A stretch of 29,811 nt of DNA from Pseudobdellovibrionaceae bacterium (GCA_044359815.1 JBIKLL010000027.1:1-29811); one strand, 5' to 3'; shown: positions 8,630 to 17,788, numbered from the stretch's first letter. The notes: a model not told the origin generated them from the letters alone. Numbers and translations: made by a program.

Positions 8630-9578
8630 TAAAGTTTTATTTTTTTTATTTCTGAGCATGACCAGTAAGGCTGAAAAGCTTAACCAAAGAATTTATATAG
8701 ATTCATTGGAAACATTGACCATGACTGCGGGACAGTTTGTAAATTGGGATTTTGAATACGAAGATGATATAACCAGGCAGTACCCGCATCACTTTCATGA
8801 AATGCATGAAAAGCCCATGCACCTGATAATAATCAGTCAGGATTTTGCCAGTTTTTCCCATGTGCATCCGACTTTGAATCCTCATGCCAGGCGTAGCTTT
8901 TCAATTGAACTTAACATGCCAACTGATGATCCGGATAACTTTCAGGCTCAGCAGGCTTTGCAACTTTCTGGGAAGTACTTTGTATTTTCCGAAGTTATGC
9001 CCATGAACTATGGCATGTTGATGTTTCCTGCAACAGTCACTGCTGAAGGGGCGCCAAGAAATTTTGATAAATTGATTCCTGATTCTGTAAACCCTGATGG
9101 TTCCTATGCCAAATTTTTTGATCAGAACGGACAGGCGGTTAATCCGGATCAGGCTTATTACAAATTACAGCTAAAAACAGAACCTTTGGATTTGTGCAAT
9201 ACCATAGTGCCTAAATTCTATTTAGAGTTTTGGGCAAAAGATAAAGACAATTGGCGACCAATCCAGGATTTACAAACTTGGCTGGGGGCCTTTGCTCACG
9301 CCTTTATCATTGGTAGCAGTGGTGAAAATGCTGAAGATAAAGTGATTCAACATTTGCATTCGGTTTGGCCAATTGCCGATGACAGCAATGATTCAGAGGA
9401 AAAAGGTCCCTTTGTTGAAATGGCAGCACACTCACATGGCTTGAGTACAAAAGATGATATTTACGCAGTATGGATTCAATTTAAGCACAACCATAAAAAA
9501 CAAACCCTGAGATTTACCATAGACTGGAAGCTGCCACCCAAAGGCCTGATCAAGAAAAGCTGTGGAGTGATGCTCTAG
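8622..9578 (+). CDS. Exported His-rich putative metal-binding protein with two internal repeats
   Basis: HHFHEMHEKPMHLIIISQDFASFSHVHP and LQTWLGAFAHAFII...QHLHS motifs; 8-nt overlap with the upstream gene. Confidence 0.65.
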   Translation: MISKVLFFLFLSMTSKAEKLNQRIYIDSLETLTMTAGQFVNWDFEYEDDITRQYPHHFHEMHEKPMHLIIISQDFASFSHVHPTLNPHARRSFSIELNMPTDDPDNFQAQQALQLSGKYFVFSEVMPMNYGMLMFPATVTAEGAPRNFDKLIPDSVNPDGSYAKFFDQNGQAVNPDQAYYKLQLKTEPLDLCNTIVPKFYLEFWAKDKDNWRPIQDLQTWLGAFAHAFIIGSSGENAEDKVIQHLHSVWPIADDSNDSEEKGPFVEMAAHSHGLSTKDDIYAVWIQFKHNHKKQTLRFTIDWKLPPKGLIKKSCGVML

Positions 9579-9580
9579 AA

Positions 9581-10846
9581 TTACAATGCTGGGCAGGTGT
9601 GCTTGACAGTGATTGTATCTGAAGGTTTCAACGGTCGGCTGAACGACAGTGTTGTTCCAGATACGTTGTAAGTCATGTCAGCCGGAACTGAAACGATTAA
9701 GCTAATTGGATTAGTGCATTTTAACTGATAAGAATCGACTTTGTCGACGATGTCACTGGCAATAGTGTTTAACTGTGAGGTGTAGTCTGCTGCACAGATG
9801 TCGCCAACAATACCATTAGTGATCATTGCAGTTAATGCGTAAACATATCCATAGCTGCCTTTTACAGATTTTTGAGCAGGTAAACCCAATTGATTAAACT
9901 GTGAATCAAAACAACCGACATCTTTGTTAATGAAAGAACCGCCAACATATTTAGTAACTGTCTGACCATTGTAAGATTCAGTTTCTGACAGTAACTTTGC
10001 TACAGCTTCAGCATTGGCTGAGGCCGTCAACTGACCTGGGCTTACCACTATGGCATAGGCATTAAAGGATCTGCCTGGATAAATTGATTTAACATTTTCA
10101 ATTAAAGTTTGTGGTAGATCCTCAGATTCTAGTTGGTAAGATCCGTTGTCATCATAAATTCCAGACCGTTCGTCTTCGTCAGACAGAAATACCATTGAAA
10201 GTGGTGCGTTTGATCTGAGCATTTGCGAAGCATTATTTTTGATAAATAAATTTGAGGCTTTGATTCCTCTTTCGTCTTGGCCGGGGCAATTTTCAGTGAT
10301 TCCAGTTTTGAAAGCTGCAGAGTTTTCGTCAACCGCTTGATTGTTAACCAAGAAGTTCTCGCACTGAAGTGTTTCGGATCTTTTAATTGCTGTGGCAAAA
10401 AGTGATTCCTTATTAGGAGTACCTGGAGTCAAATAAAAGCTTCCGTCACCAAACTTGATTAATTTGCCATCCTGAAGACTGCCATTTTGATTGATCGATC
10501 GCGCAGGATTGCTGGCTGAGCTGACGTCTGTAGTGATGATTCCAATACGATAATTGATTTGTTTCTGATCCAATACAGAAATGAAAGTATTGAATTTATC
10601 GGCCATATTGGTTTGTTCAAATGACATAGATCCAGAATTATCATTAACAAATACAATATCAGCGACTCCGCCCTTACCAGTGAGAGTGTCTTCAAACGCA
10701 TCGATGCCATTTTCGTTTATGCACTTGTCAGCGCCTAAGCCTTGGCAGGCAAATCGGCTGTTGTCTCTTTCAAACTTTTTGTCCGCGCAGCCCAAGTAAT
10801 GGGTCACGGCGATCAGACAAACAGTCATTCTAATTACGAAAGACAT
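9581..10846 (-). CDS. Cys-rich VWA (MIDAS) domain lipoprotein, CglB/CglD-like
   Basis: Start reassigned to ATG 10846 (AAGGAG RBS); lipobox YLGC; DIVFVNDNSGSM (DxSxS), YRIGIITTD, VFLSDEDE, GDICAADY. Confidence 0.8.
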   Translation of the reverse strand: MSFVIRMTVCLIAVTHYLGCADKKFERDNSRFACQGLGADKCINENGIDAFEDTLTGKGGVADIVFVNDNSGSMSFEQTNMADKFNTFISVLDQKQINYRIGIITTDVSSASNPARSINQNGSLQDGKLIKFGDGSFYLTPGTPNKESLFATAIKRSETLQCENFLVNNQAVDENSAAFKTGITENCPGQDERGIKASNLFIKNNASQMLRSNAPLSMVFLSDEDERSGIYDDNGSYQLESEDLPQTLIENVKSIYPGRSFNAYAIVVSPGQLTASANAEAVAKLLSETESYNGQTVTKYVGGSFINKDVGCFDSQFNQLGLPAQKSVKGSYGYVYALTAMITNGIVGDICAADYTSQLNTIASDIVDKVDSYQLKCTNPISLIVSVPADMTYNVSGTTLSFSRPLKPSDTITVKHTCPAL

Positions 10847-10874
10847 TGGGGGCTCCTTATCAATAAAGATTGAA

Positions 10875-10890
10875 TCCAACCTTTGTGCCA
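10875..10890 (-). promoter_or_regulatory. Possible sigma54 promoter of the VWA lipoprotein gene
   Basis: Minus strand TGGCACAAAGGTTGGA: perfect -24 box (TGGCAC) and correct spacing, but the -12 box is TTGG rather than TTGC. Confidence 0.45.
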
Positions 10891-11101
10891 CCAGAGTCTA
10901 TGAGCATAAGTCATTTAAATTATTGGTGATTTTTAATCAGTCCAAACCCGTGTCGTTGACGAACTTGTTGTGCAACACTTAAACAAGAGGGCTTTTAAGC
11001 AGTAAAAATCTAATAAATTCAAATGGTTAGATTTTGTCACCCCAAAGAGACAATTTCGGGCAAGACTGGTAATTTTATTCAAACAGTGAAAACATAAACA
11101 A

Positions 11102-11491
11102 ATGGCAAAAGCTTTTTGTATTTTCATGTTAGTTTCTTCGGTTTCTCTGATTTGCTGTTCAAAGCAAGAAGCAGTTAAGTATCTGGGAATACCCCAAGAT
11201 CAAATTGAAAAGATAATCGTCAAGCAAGAGGGCAAGCCATTGGTTTCTGAATCACCAGACTATAATTTGTTTTTAGAAAGTTTTAAAAAATACTGCAGGG
11301 AAAACCCCAAAATAAACCTTCGCAAAAAGGGTAAAAAGAAAAAGTATTTTTTCGAGATTGAAGCAATCAGTAAGTTTGAATCACAAGAAATCAAAAATAA
11401 TGAAAAAATGCAGTATGTGATTCAAATCAGTCTGTTTGAATCAAAGTCCAAAAATAAAATTGCCGAACAATCATTTGATTGCTGTCAATAA
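11102..11491 (+). CDS. Hypothetical Lys-rich lipoprotein
   Basis: 129-aa ORF filling the gap, hydrophobic N-terminus ending SLICC; no family recognised. Confidence 0.55.
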   Translation: MAKAFCIFMLVSSVSLICCSKQEAVKYLGIPQDQIEKIIVKQEGKPLVSESPDYNLFLESFKKYCRENPKINLRKKGKKKKYFFEIEAISKFESQEIKNNEKMQYVIQISLFESKSKNKIAEQSFDCCQ

Positions 11492-11492
11492 A

Positions 11493-13157
11493 TCACTGCA
11501 ATGACCAATTTTCAACTTCTAGATATTCAGAAAAAGTATGCGGAGAAATCCAATAGTTCTTCAGATTAATTGGGTATACGGAAGTGTTGGATTTGTAGTA
11601 CATCGGCAGGGCTGGAATGTCCTCGGTGTAGTGCTTAAGAACTTTCTTTATCAAAGCAGTTCTTTTTTTAGGATCAAATTCTGTGTCAACCTTTTCAAGT
11701 AATTCGTCGACTGATTTGTTTTTCCAACCAGGTCTGTTGGAACCTGACCAAGAATTTTCCTGAGAAGGAATGGCCTGAGAATGATAAGTGGATTTTGGGT
11801 TTGAATCAGGATTATTTACAAATGAGTAAAATGCTAAATCAAAATTTCGTTTTTTAATTATTTCGCCGAACAAGACTCGGGCTGGATAGTTTTTAATTTG
11901 CAGGTCAACTCCGATTTTCTTCCAAGCGCCCTGAAGGTAGGTTTGAATCATTTCATTGATCTTGATATCTGCACTGCTGGAAATATTAAACTGAAGCCTT
12001 TTTCCATCTTTGGTTCTGTAACCGTCGTCAGCAGGTTTCCATCCAGCATCATCTAACAGTTTTGCGGCTAATTTAGGGTCGTATTTGTTAATTGAAATTT
12101 CTTTTGGATCTTCGGTGTACCATGAATCTAATTCTGTAGAAAAATGAAGCGCTGGTTTTTGCTTTCCTTGAAAAAATGCCTTGGTAAGGTCGTCTCGATT
12201 AAAACTGATCGCCAAAGCCTTTCTGACTTTTAAATCAGATAAAATAGGGTTATCTAAATTCAAATCAATATGAGCATAAACCACACCGGGCTCAAAAATT
12301 ATTTGATAAGGCAGTTTATCCTGTTGAATTTTCTTTTCTAAGGACAAGGCCTGGTCAAACCCTAGTCCCGAAGATGAAATCAAATCAATATTTTTAGAAA
12401 CCAAATTGGCTTCCATGGTGGATGTATTCAAGATAAATTTAAAAATAATCTTTTCAATTTCAGCCTTTTTCCCCCAAAATTTTTCGTTTTTTGAAAGCAT
12501 AATATGACTACCAGTTTTGAACTCTTGCACTTTGTATGGGCCGTTGTACAGACCTGGATTGCTGACATTGGTTACATATTGAGAGTTTCTTTCATACGCC
12601 TGAGCTTCATTTTTATGTTTTTCGTAAATCGGCAGTTCAATGTGAGCTGGAACCAGTCTTGGAAAGTTTAAATGAAAATCCCAGCGAGCTTCATTATAAG
12701 TGATCGTGCAATCTTTTGGATTTGCCGCAGTAAATTCGATTTTTTGAATATTGGAAAATTCCTCTTTATTTGGGTTAGAAACTTTGTCGCCCATGCCAAT
12801 TTTCCAAGAGGCTTCTAAATCAGCGCAAGTGATGGGTACTCCGTCTGCCCATTGAGCGTCTTTGCGAAATTTTATTTTAGCCACCATGCTGGGTTTCGCG
12901 TTAGGTTTTTCAATAATCTTAACCAATTTATTTTTAACTTCTGGAATCGCTTCAATCAAAACGGCTTCGGCTTTTCCTGATTTGGTCAGTTTCACCAAAG
13001 GGCGATTTGTTGCATCGATAACGTAAATCGATGCCATCATTGATGTGATTATGGGATTCAGGGTGTCGGCCTCGGCATTGATGGCAATGTTCAAATTATT
13101 TTTTGCTTGTCCCAATGATGAAAGAGCCAATACCAATGTTATAGTCAAAGATTTCAT
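11493..13157 (-). CDS. Peptide ABC transporter substrate-binding protein (family 5, OppA/DppA-like)
   Basis: DTLNP, AQWADGVPITCAD, NGPYKV, LSDLKVRKAL, AAKLLDDAGW. Start reassigned to ATG 13157 (AGGGGG RBS, signal peptide). Confidence 0.93.
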   Translation of the reverse strand: MKSLTITLVLALSSLGQAKNNLNIAINAEADTLNPIITSMMASIYVIDATNRPLVKLTKSGKAEAVLIEAIPEVKNKLVKIIEKPNAKPSMVAKIKFRKDAQWADGVPITCADLEASWKIGMGDKVSNPNKEEFSNIQKIEFTAANPKDCTITYNEARWDFHLNFPRLVPAHIELPIYEKHKNEAQAYERNSQYVTNVSNPGLYNGPYKVQEFKTGSHIMLSKNEKFWGKKAEIEKIIFKFILNTSTMEANLVSKNIDLISSSGLGFDQALSLEKKIQQDKLPYQIIFEPGVVYAHIDLNLDNPILSDLKVRKALAISFNRDDLTKAFFQGKQKPALHFSTELDSWYTEDPKEISINKYDPKLAAKLLDDAGWKPADDGYRTKDGKRLQFNISSSADIKINEMIQTYLQGAWKKIGVDLQIKNYPARVLFGEIIKKRNFDLAFYSFVNNPDSNPKSTYHSQAIPSQENSWSGSNRPGWKNKSVDELLEKVDTEFDPKKRTALIKKVLKHYTEDIPALPMYYKSNTSVYPINLKNYWISPHTFSEYLEVENWSLQ

Positions 13158-13339
13158 AAAATTCCCCCTGGAAATAGGTTTTAGCATGTACTGGACCTTT
13201 ATCAAGTGTCGCACTCAGTTGACTGTCCTGCGACGAGCTCTAATGACTGGTTTCCTTGCAAATTCCAATGGTTTTTCTGATAGCAAAATAGACCCTACGA
13301 TCATGGGCTAGGTCTGAGTGTTTAAATTGTCGAATTGTT

Positions 13340-13366
13340 TCAGAAAAGTTCCAACTTTGACGAAAC
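13340..13366 (+). promoter_or_regulatory. Possible sigma28 promoter upstream of the kinase-like gene
   Basis: TCAG-N15-GACGAAAC, followed by a GAGGA RBS and GTG at 13391. Confidence 0.4.
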
Positions 13367-13390
13367 GAAAAGAGTGAGGAATTTCTTTAA

Positions 13391-15247
13391 GTGAACAACA
13401 ATTTATTAAATTTATTGATTAAACCAAATCAGATGATTGAGTTGGTATCAAAGTACTTGGTGGCATTCATTTTACCATTTTGGTTGGTTTTGTCATTTGC
13501 CCTGACTGCATTTGTGGGAACCTATTGGACCAGTAAAAACAAAGAAGAGGCTAAATTTCATTTTGACAGTAACGCCACAGAAAAACTTAGGCAGGTTGTT
13601 GGCTCGGCAGAAGAAGTTTTTAAAAGCACTTATGAAGTCATCACTACAATCTCCAGATTTCCAACTGTCAAGAAGCTGAATCAACAAGGCACCAATCTGA
13701 CAGACGATGATAGGGCGACATTGATGCAAGTTTTTTATTCATTGACTAAACAATGGAAGGTTTCAAAAGTTTATATTTCTGTCTTAGGGTTTGATCCGGC
13801 AAAATCTCATCCAATAACGAAAAAGCGTGAAGCCCCAACATTGACATTGGATTTGCAAATAGCAACACGGCAGTTGGCCAGTGAATCAAATGACACCGCC
13901 GAATCGATTCCTGAGGTGTTTGATCACGAATATATGGAGATTTTGTCCCATCTAAAATACTTTGAAAAAAACTATGGGTTGCTCAGGCAAATCATTCCGT
14001 CGAATCCTCCCGGCATCATTGGCAATGAAATTGTAACCAGTGACAACTCGGATATGAAGTTCAAGGAAGCGTTGTCTGGAAACAATAAAGCCAGATTAGG
14101 ATTTTGTTACTCAGTTCCGATTTATGGATTGGATGGACAGTTTAAGGGCGTCGTGACTGCGGTCATTCGACACAAAATAATGTCCGAGGTTATAGGTGAC
14201 TATTTTAAGCTCAGAAGAGATGGAATTTCGATTTCCGGTGGAACAAATGAAGCCAAGGCTCCTTTTGCTTATAATTTTGGACAAAAACTGACAGTCGCTG
14301 ATGGCCGAAATTGGTATGTGGAACATGCTTTGAGTGCAGCCTCTTTTGAGGAGGCTGAGTTTACTAAGGCCAAGAAAAAAGAAGTTCAACTGATAATATT
14401 TTTTGGTCTGCTATTGAGCTTGATCAGTACAGGAATCATTTGGCTGTACGTGCGTGGCGAAGCAAAATCCAATAAGATTGCCAACAATATGATGAGTTTT
14501 GCTGATGTTCACCGAGAGGTGTTGATCGAATCTTTGCGAAAATCAACACTGGGTGAAATGACAGGCTCAGTTTCTAATGAGCTTTTTGATTTGCAACGAG
14601 ATGTTTCCAAACGGTTTTCAAAAATACGTTCCCGGTTTGAGCAGTCTTCATTGGCACACCAAAATGACGAAAACTGGAGCAAGCTCGAGAATTCTTTGCA
14701 GAAAATTTCCAGATTGATAAAAGGATTGCAGTCAATGGCCCGAGACGCCAGCCAAGACACTTTGTCCGCGACTTCATTAGTTATGCTGGTTTCTGATAGT
14801 GTCGAAATCTGTCAGCACAGATGCACACAAATGGGTGTTGAAATCGAAACAAATATTCCTGCTGAAATTCTGATCGAGTGTCGATCAATTGAAATGGGCC
14901 AGGTTTTGGTGTCTTTGATAAACCAATCCCTGGATTCACTAGAAAAACTTTCCCAGCGATGGATTCGAATCGAAGCATTTCAGATCCAGAGCTATGTTGA
15001 AATCACAATTACTGATTCAGGGTTGGGATTTTCCAAAGAAGTTTCGGAGAATCTGTTTCAGTCATTGTTTGTGGTAAAGGCGGGGCAAAAATCAAAGGGC
15101 ATTGGTTTAGGCGTAGCCACTGGAATAATTAAAAGCCTTCACGGCGAGTTTTTTCTGAATAAAAATTTTCCGAACACACAGTTCGTTATACGATTGCCTT
15201 TGAAACAACCAGTACAAAATACTCAGCAAAATAAAAGGACCGCTTAG
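13391..15247 (+). CDS. Membrane sensor histidine-kinase-like protein with degenerate H- and N-boxes (probable pseudokinase)
   Basis: Two TM segments flank a Cache-like periplasmic domain (YSVPIYGLDGQFKGVV). HATPase boxes DSGLG, LFQSLF and GIGLG are present. H-box reads LGEMTGSVSNEL; N-box reads QVLVSLINQSLD. Confidence 0.85.
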   Translation: MNNNLLNLLIKPNQMIELVSKYLVAFILPFWLVLSFALTAFVGTYWTSKNKEEAKFHFDSNATEKLRQVVGSAEEVFKSTYEVITTISRFPTVKKLNQQGTNLTDDDRATLMQVFYSLTKQWKVSKVYISVLGFDPAKSHPITKKREAPTLTLDLQIATRQLASESNDTAESIPEVFDHEYMEILSHLKYFEKNYGLLRQIIPSNPPGIIGNEIVTSDNSDMKFKEALSGNNKARLGFCYSVPIYGLDGQFKGVVTAVIRHKIMSEVIGDYFKLRRDGISISGGTNEAKAPFAYNFGQKLTVADGRNWYVEHALSAASFEEAEFTKAKKKEVQLIIFFGLLLSLISTGIIWLYVRGEAKSNKIANNMMSFADVHREVLIESLRKSTLGEMTGSVSNELFDLQRDVSKRFSKIRSRFEQSSLAHQNDENWSKLENSLQKISRLIKGLQSMARDASQDTLSATSLVMLVSDSVEICQHRCTQMGVEIETNIPAEILIECRSIEMGQVLVSLINQSLDSLEKLSQRWIRIEAFQIQSYVEITITDSGLGFSKEVSENLFQSLFVVKAGQKSKGIGLGVATGIIKSLHGEFFLNKNFPNTQFVIRLPLKQPVQNTQQNKRTA

Positions 15248-16474
15248 ATGAAAACTTTTAAAATAAAGTATTCCTACGTGCTTTCATTGATTATCAGTAT
15301 CGTTTTAGTTTTTATTTTTCAGAATTGTTCTGGCAAGAAAGTATATGACTATGCCACCGACTCCAGCAGTCAGGGTTCAACCACAACCTCACAAAACAAT
15401 TCGCCCCAACAGGAAGTGTGCTCGATTAAAGCTTCGTCTGAAATTGCAGATGTTGGTCAGTCAGTTGTTTGGACAGTTTCTATGACACAAAGTCTGCCCA
15501 GCGGATTTAAGGTATTATGGAAGCGACAGGCTTACGATTTTCACCACATCAATGTAGAGACCTCCAGTGAGCTAAATTCAAATTTGCAAAAATCAGAGAC
15601 TTTCAAAGAAATTACCAGCGAGATTTCGTATTCTGCAGAATTACAAACCAGTAATGGGGCTTTGATTTGTGCAACTAACACTGTCCCAGTTACCCTGGTA
15701 CAAACCACATTTAGTGTGGATGCAATAACTGTATCCAGGGATTTTGTCGTACCCTCAGGAGTCACTCAGCTGAAAGTCACGGCGATAGGTGGCGGTGGTG
15801 GCGGCGGTGCTGGGCATTTTAATATTGGTGCAGGTGGCGGTGGCGGCGGTGGAGGAAAGGTAGAACAATCTCTGGTAACAGTTCAACCAGGGCAAACAGT
15901 TTTTGTGACAGTTGGAGCTGCGGGTGTGGGTGGTCGGTATGCAAGCTCTCGTTCTTTGGGCACAGCTTACAATGGAACTGCTGGAGGGACATCTTCTTTT
16001 GGATCTTTAGTAGTGGCAAAGGGCGGATCAGGCGGATTTGCCGGTCAATCCTCAGTGGGTTTCGGCAAAGGAGGCACAGGGGGTGGATCAGGTGGTGGAC
16101 CTGGAAGTGGCAACCCTTTGGGTGTTGGTGGTGGCAATGGGGGGAAAGCCGGAGCGGCAAGCTCAGGTCCTGCTGAAAGGCAAGGGGCTGGTTTAGGTTG
16201 GAATTTTTCATCCGCTTTTACAAAAAGTATTCTAAGTGCTGGCGACGGTGGGATTTGCGCTAACAGTTCTACTCTACTGGATGGTGGTGGTGGGGCCGGC
16301 GGCCTGAACACTGGGACTACAATTAAAGCGTCAGATGGATTAACGGGTGGGGCGTCGCCAGGTGTGCCCGGTAAGGGCGGAGTTGGTTACGGTGCTGGCG
16401 GTGGTGGAGGATCAGGAACACTTGGTGTTGGCGGAGCCGGCAGCCCGGGCATTGTGTATATAGAGTGGTTATAA
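15248..16474 (+). CDS. Lipoprotein with Ig/PKD-like domain and C-terminal glycine-rich (tail-fibre-tip-like) domain
   Basis: VFIFQNC lipobox; beta-rich segment (VGQSVVWTVS); FVVPSGVTQLKVTAIGGGGGGG...GGAGSPGIVYIEW signature of the glycine-rich domain. Confidence 0.8.
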   Translation: MKTFKIKYSYVLSLIISIVLVFIFQNCSGKKVYDYATDSSSQGSTTTSQNNSPQQEVCSIKASSEIADVGQSVVWTVSMTQSLPSGFKVLWKRQAYDFHHINVETSSELNSNLQKSETFKEITSEISYSAELQTSNGALICATNTVPVTLVQTTFSVDAITVSRDFVVPSGVTQLKVTAIGGGGGGGAGHFNIGAGGGGGGGGKVEQSLVTVQPGQTVFVTVGAAGVGGRYASSRSLGTAYNGTAGGTSSFGSLVVAKGGSGGFAGQSSVGFGKGGTGGGSGGGPGSGNPLGVGGGNGGKAGAASSGPAERQGAGLGWNFSSAFTKSILSAGDGGICANSSTLLDGGGGAGGLNTGTTIKASDGLTGGASPGVPGKGGVGYGAGGGGGSGTLGVGGAGSPGIVYIEWL

Positions 16475-16522
16475 TTTAAATTTTTATCTATGCCAGGTTT
16501 GTGTGGCGCTCTGAGGATTCAA

Positions 16523-16921
16523 TTACTGAATACCAACATATTCAACCATGCGAGAAAGTTTGCATGAGTTTTTCCAAAAAAACACATTGGCTTTTGCAGA
16601 AAATGAGTTCACCGAATCAGTCATATAATATCCACTGGTCTGTTTGATTTTTTTAACTTCAGTGACCTCAAAATTAACTGTCAATTGCACTTCCCTGTAA
16701 TTGAGAATTTTTGATTCATGAGACATGATGTTGACTAGTCGGTAATTTAAAATTCTGTTTGGCTTAACAGTTTGAATTTGAATTTTATTTTTGACTAATG
16801 AGTCTGCATATCGAGTGCAGTTTTTTTTAGCGTAATTTAAGAATCTTTGTCTTTCGGTGACGTCATAGCCAAACGATAAATTTGAAATAAAAAAAGTGAT
16901 TAGTAATGTGGCGTACTTCAT
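16523..16921 (-). CDS. Hypothetical exported protein
   Basis: Strong RBS AGGAGG; signal peptide MKYATLLITFFISNLSFG; two Cys. Confidence 0.75.
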   Translation of the reverse strand: MKYATLLITFFISNLSFGYDVTERQRFLNYAKKNCTRYADSLVKNKIQIQTVKPNRILNYRLVNIMSHESKILNYREVQLTVNFEVTEVKKIKQTSGYYMTDSVNSFSAKANVFFWKNSCKLSRMVEYVGIQ

Positions 16922-17053
16922 TCGGCCTCCTACAAGGACTTAACTAGACAAGCGACAAACTACTAGATCCTTATGGATTTCGCAAATTTGCCTTAGGTGA
17001 AATTGAAAAAATGTACCTGGTTGCTTAATAAACAGAACATTAAAGTTTAAACT

Positions 17054-17773
17054 CTATCTGTTTCTTAAGATTTGCACTCGGGTCGTAAACAGCAATCGCG
17101 GTCCGTCGTACTGGGGGGTCCTATGTATAACAGGTTTGTAGTTGAAACCTTCAGGAGGGTTAGAGCCCCAAAAAATCAAAGCTTTGCCCGTAGGAACAAT
17201 AATGCCCTTAGAGTCTGCTGGTAGTGACCGTGCATGATCAACAATTTGAGCAACTGGCAAGTCAGGAGTCCCAATGATTTCTGTGCCGGGTCCCAATAAA
17301 GCAACTGTGACAGAAAATCCGCCTTTGTCGACATGCCAATCCAGAAATTGGAACCCTTTGTGGTCAGTTGTTGATAATCTAAGGTCAGAATAAGTCAGCC
17401 CAATATTATCATCCGTAAGATTAAAGGATTCTTTGATGAATTTCCTGATTCTACCTTCCAGCAGATTTATGGAGTTTAAAGCTTGAGGGTATTTTAAAGC
17501 CCTGACCTGGTTGAATTTGGAATTTCGATCTGGAACTGCGCCTTTGGTAAAGTGGTAGCTTTTGTCATGGGGAAGGCTTTGGTAAAGCTCTTGACCATCG
17601 ATTAAATCCTTTACGTCCATGATTGCGTAGGATTTGGTTTGATTTAACATCTTGAAGGCCGCTTGATTCAATGCGGTTGATTGATCAATAAAAACATCTT
17701 CACAAAGTTGGCCGGCGAATCCATTGAAACTTAAAAAATTGACCAGCAAGAATAAAAATTCTTTTTTTAACAT
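17054..17773 (-). CDS. Signal-peptide-bearing 2OG-Fe(II) oxygenase-like protein (DUF1826-like)
   Basis: WHVD...TVALLGPGTE...GKALIFWG...VIHRTP...PRLL (HxD...H...R). Likely start ATG 17773, giving the signal peptide MLKKEFLFLLVNFLSFNGFA. Confidence 0.7.
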   Translation of the reverse strand: MLKKEFLFLLVNFLSFNGFAGQLCEDVFIDQSTALNQAAFKMLNQTKSYAIMDVKDLIDGQELYQSLPHDKSYHFTKGAVPDRNSKFNQVRALKYPQALNSINLLEGRIRKFIKESFNLTDDNIGLTYSDLRLSTTDHKGFQFLDWHVDKGGFSVTVALLGPGTEIIGTPDLPVAQIVDHARSLPADSKGIIVPTGKALIFWGSNPPEGFNYKPVIHRTPQYDGPRLLFTTRVQILRNR

Positions 17774-17779
17774 GGGCCG

Positions 17780-17788
17780 ATTGTAGCA
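17780..17788 (-). promoter_or_regulatory. Extended -10 element (TGnTACAAT) placed for a leaderless transcript
   Basis: Minus strand TGCTACAAT, 6 nt, then ATG at 17773; no Shine-Dalgarno sequence. Confidence 0.5.

Noticed and set aside
15780..16450. GGT/GGC repeat tracts as a tandem repeat or CRISPR-like array
   Set aside because: They are in-frame glycine codons with no constant repeat-spacer period and no cas genes.
16930..17000. GGCAAA...GAAA on the minus strand upstream of the 132-aa gene, suggestive of a c-di-GMP-I riboswitch
   Set aside because: No stem closes the GAAA and the downstream GCAAA and second hairpin are absent; an Rfam search would be needed to overturn this.
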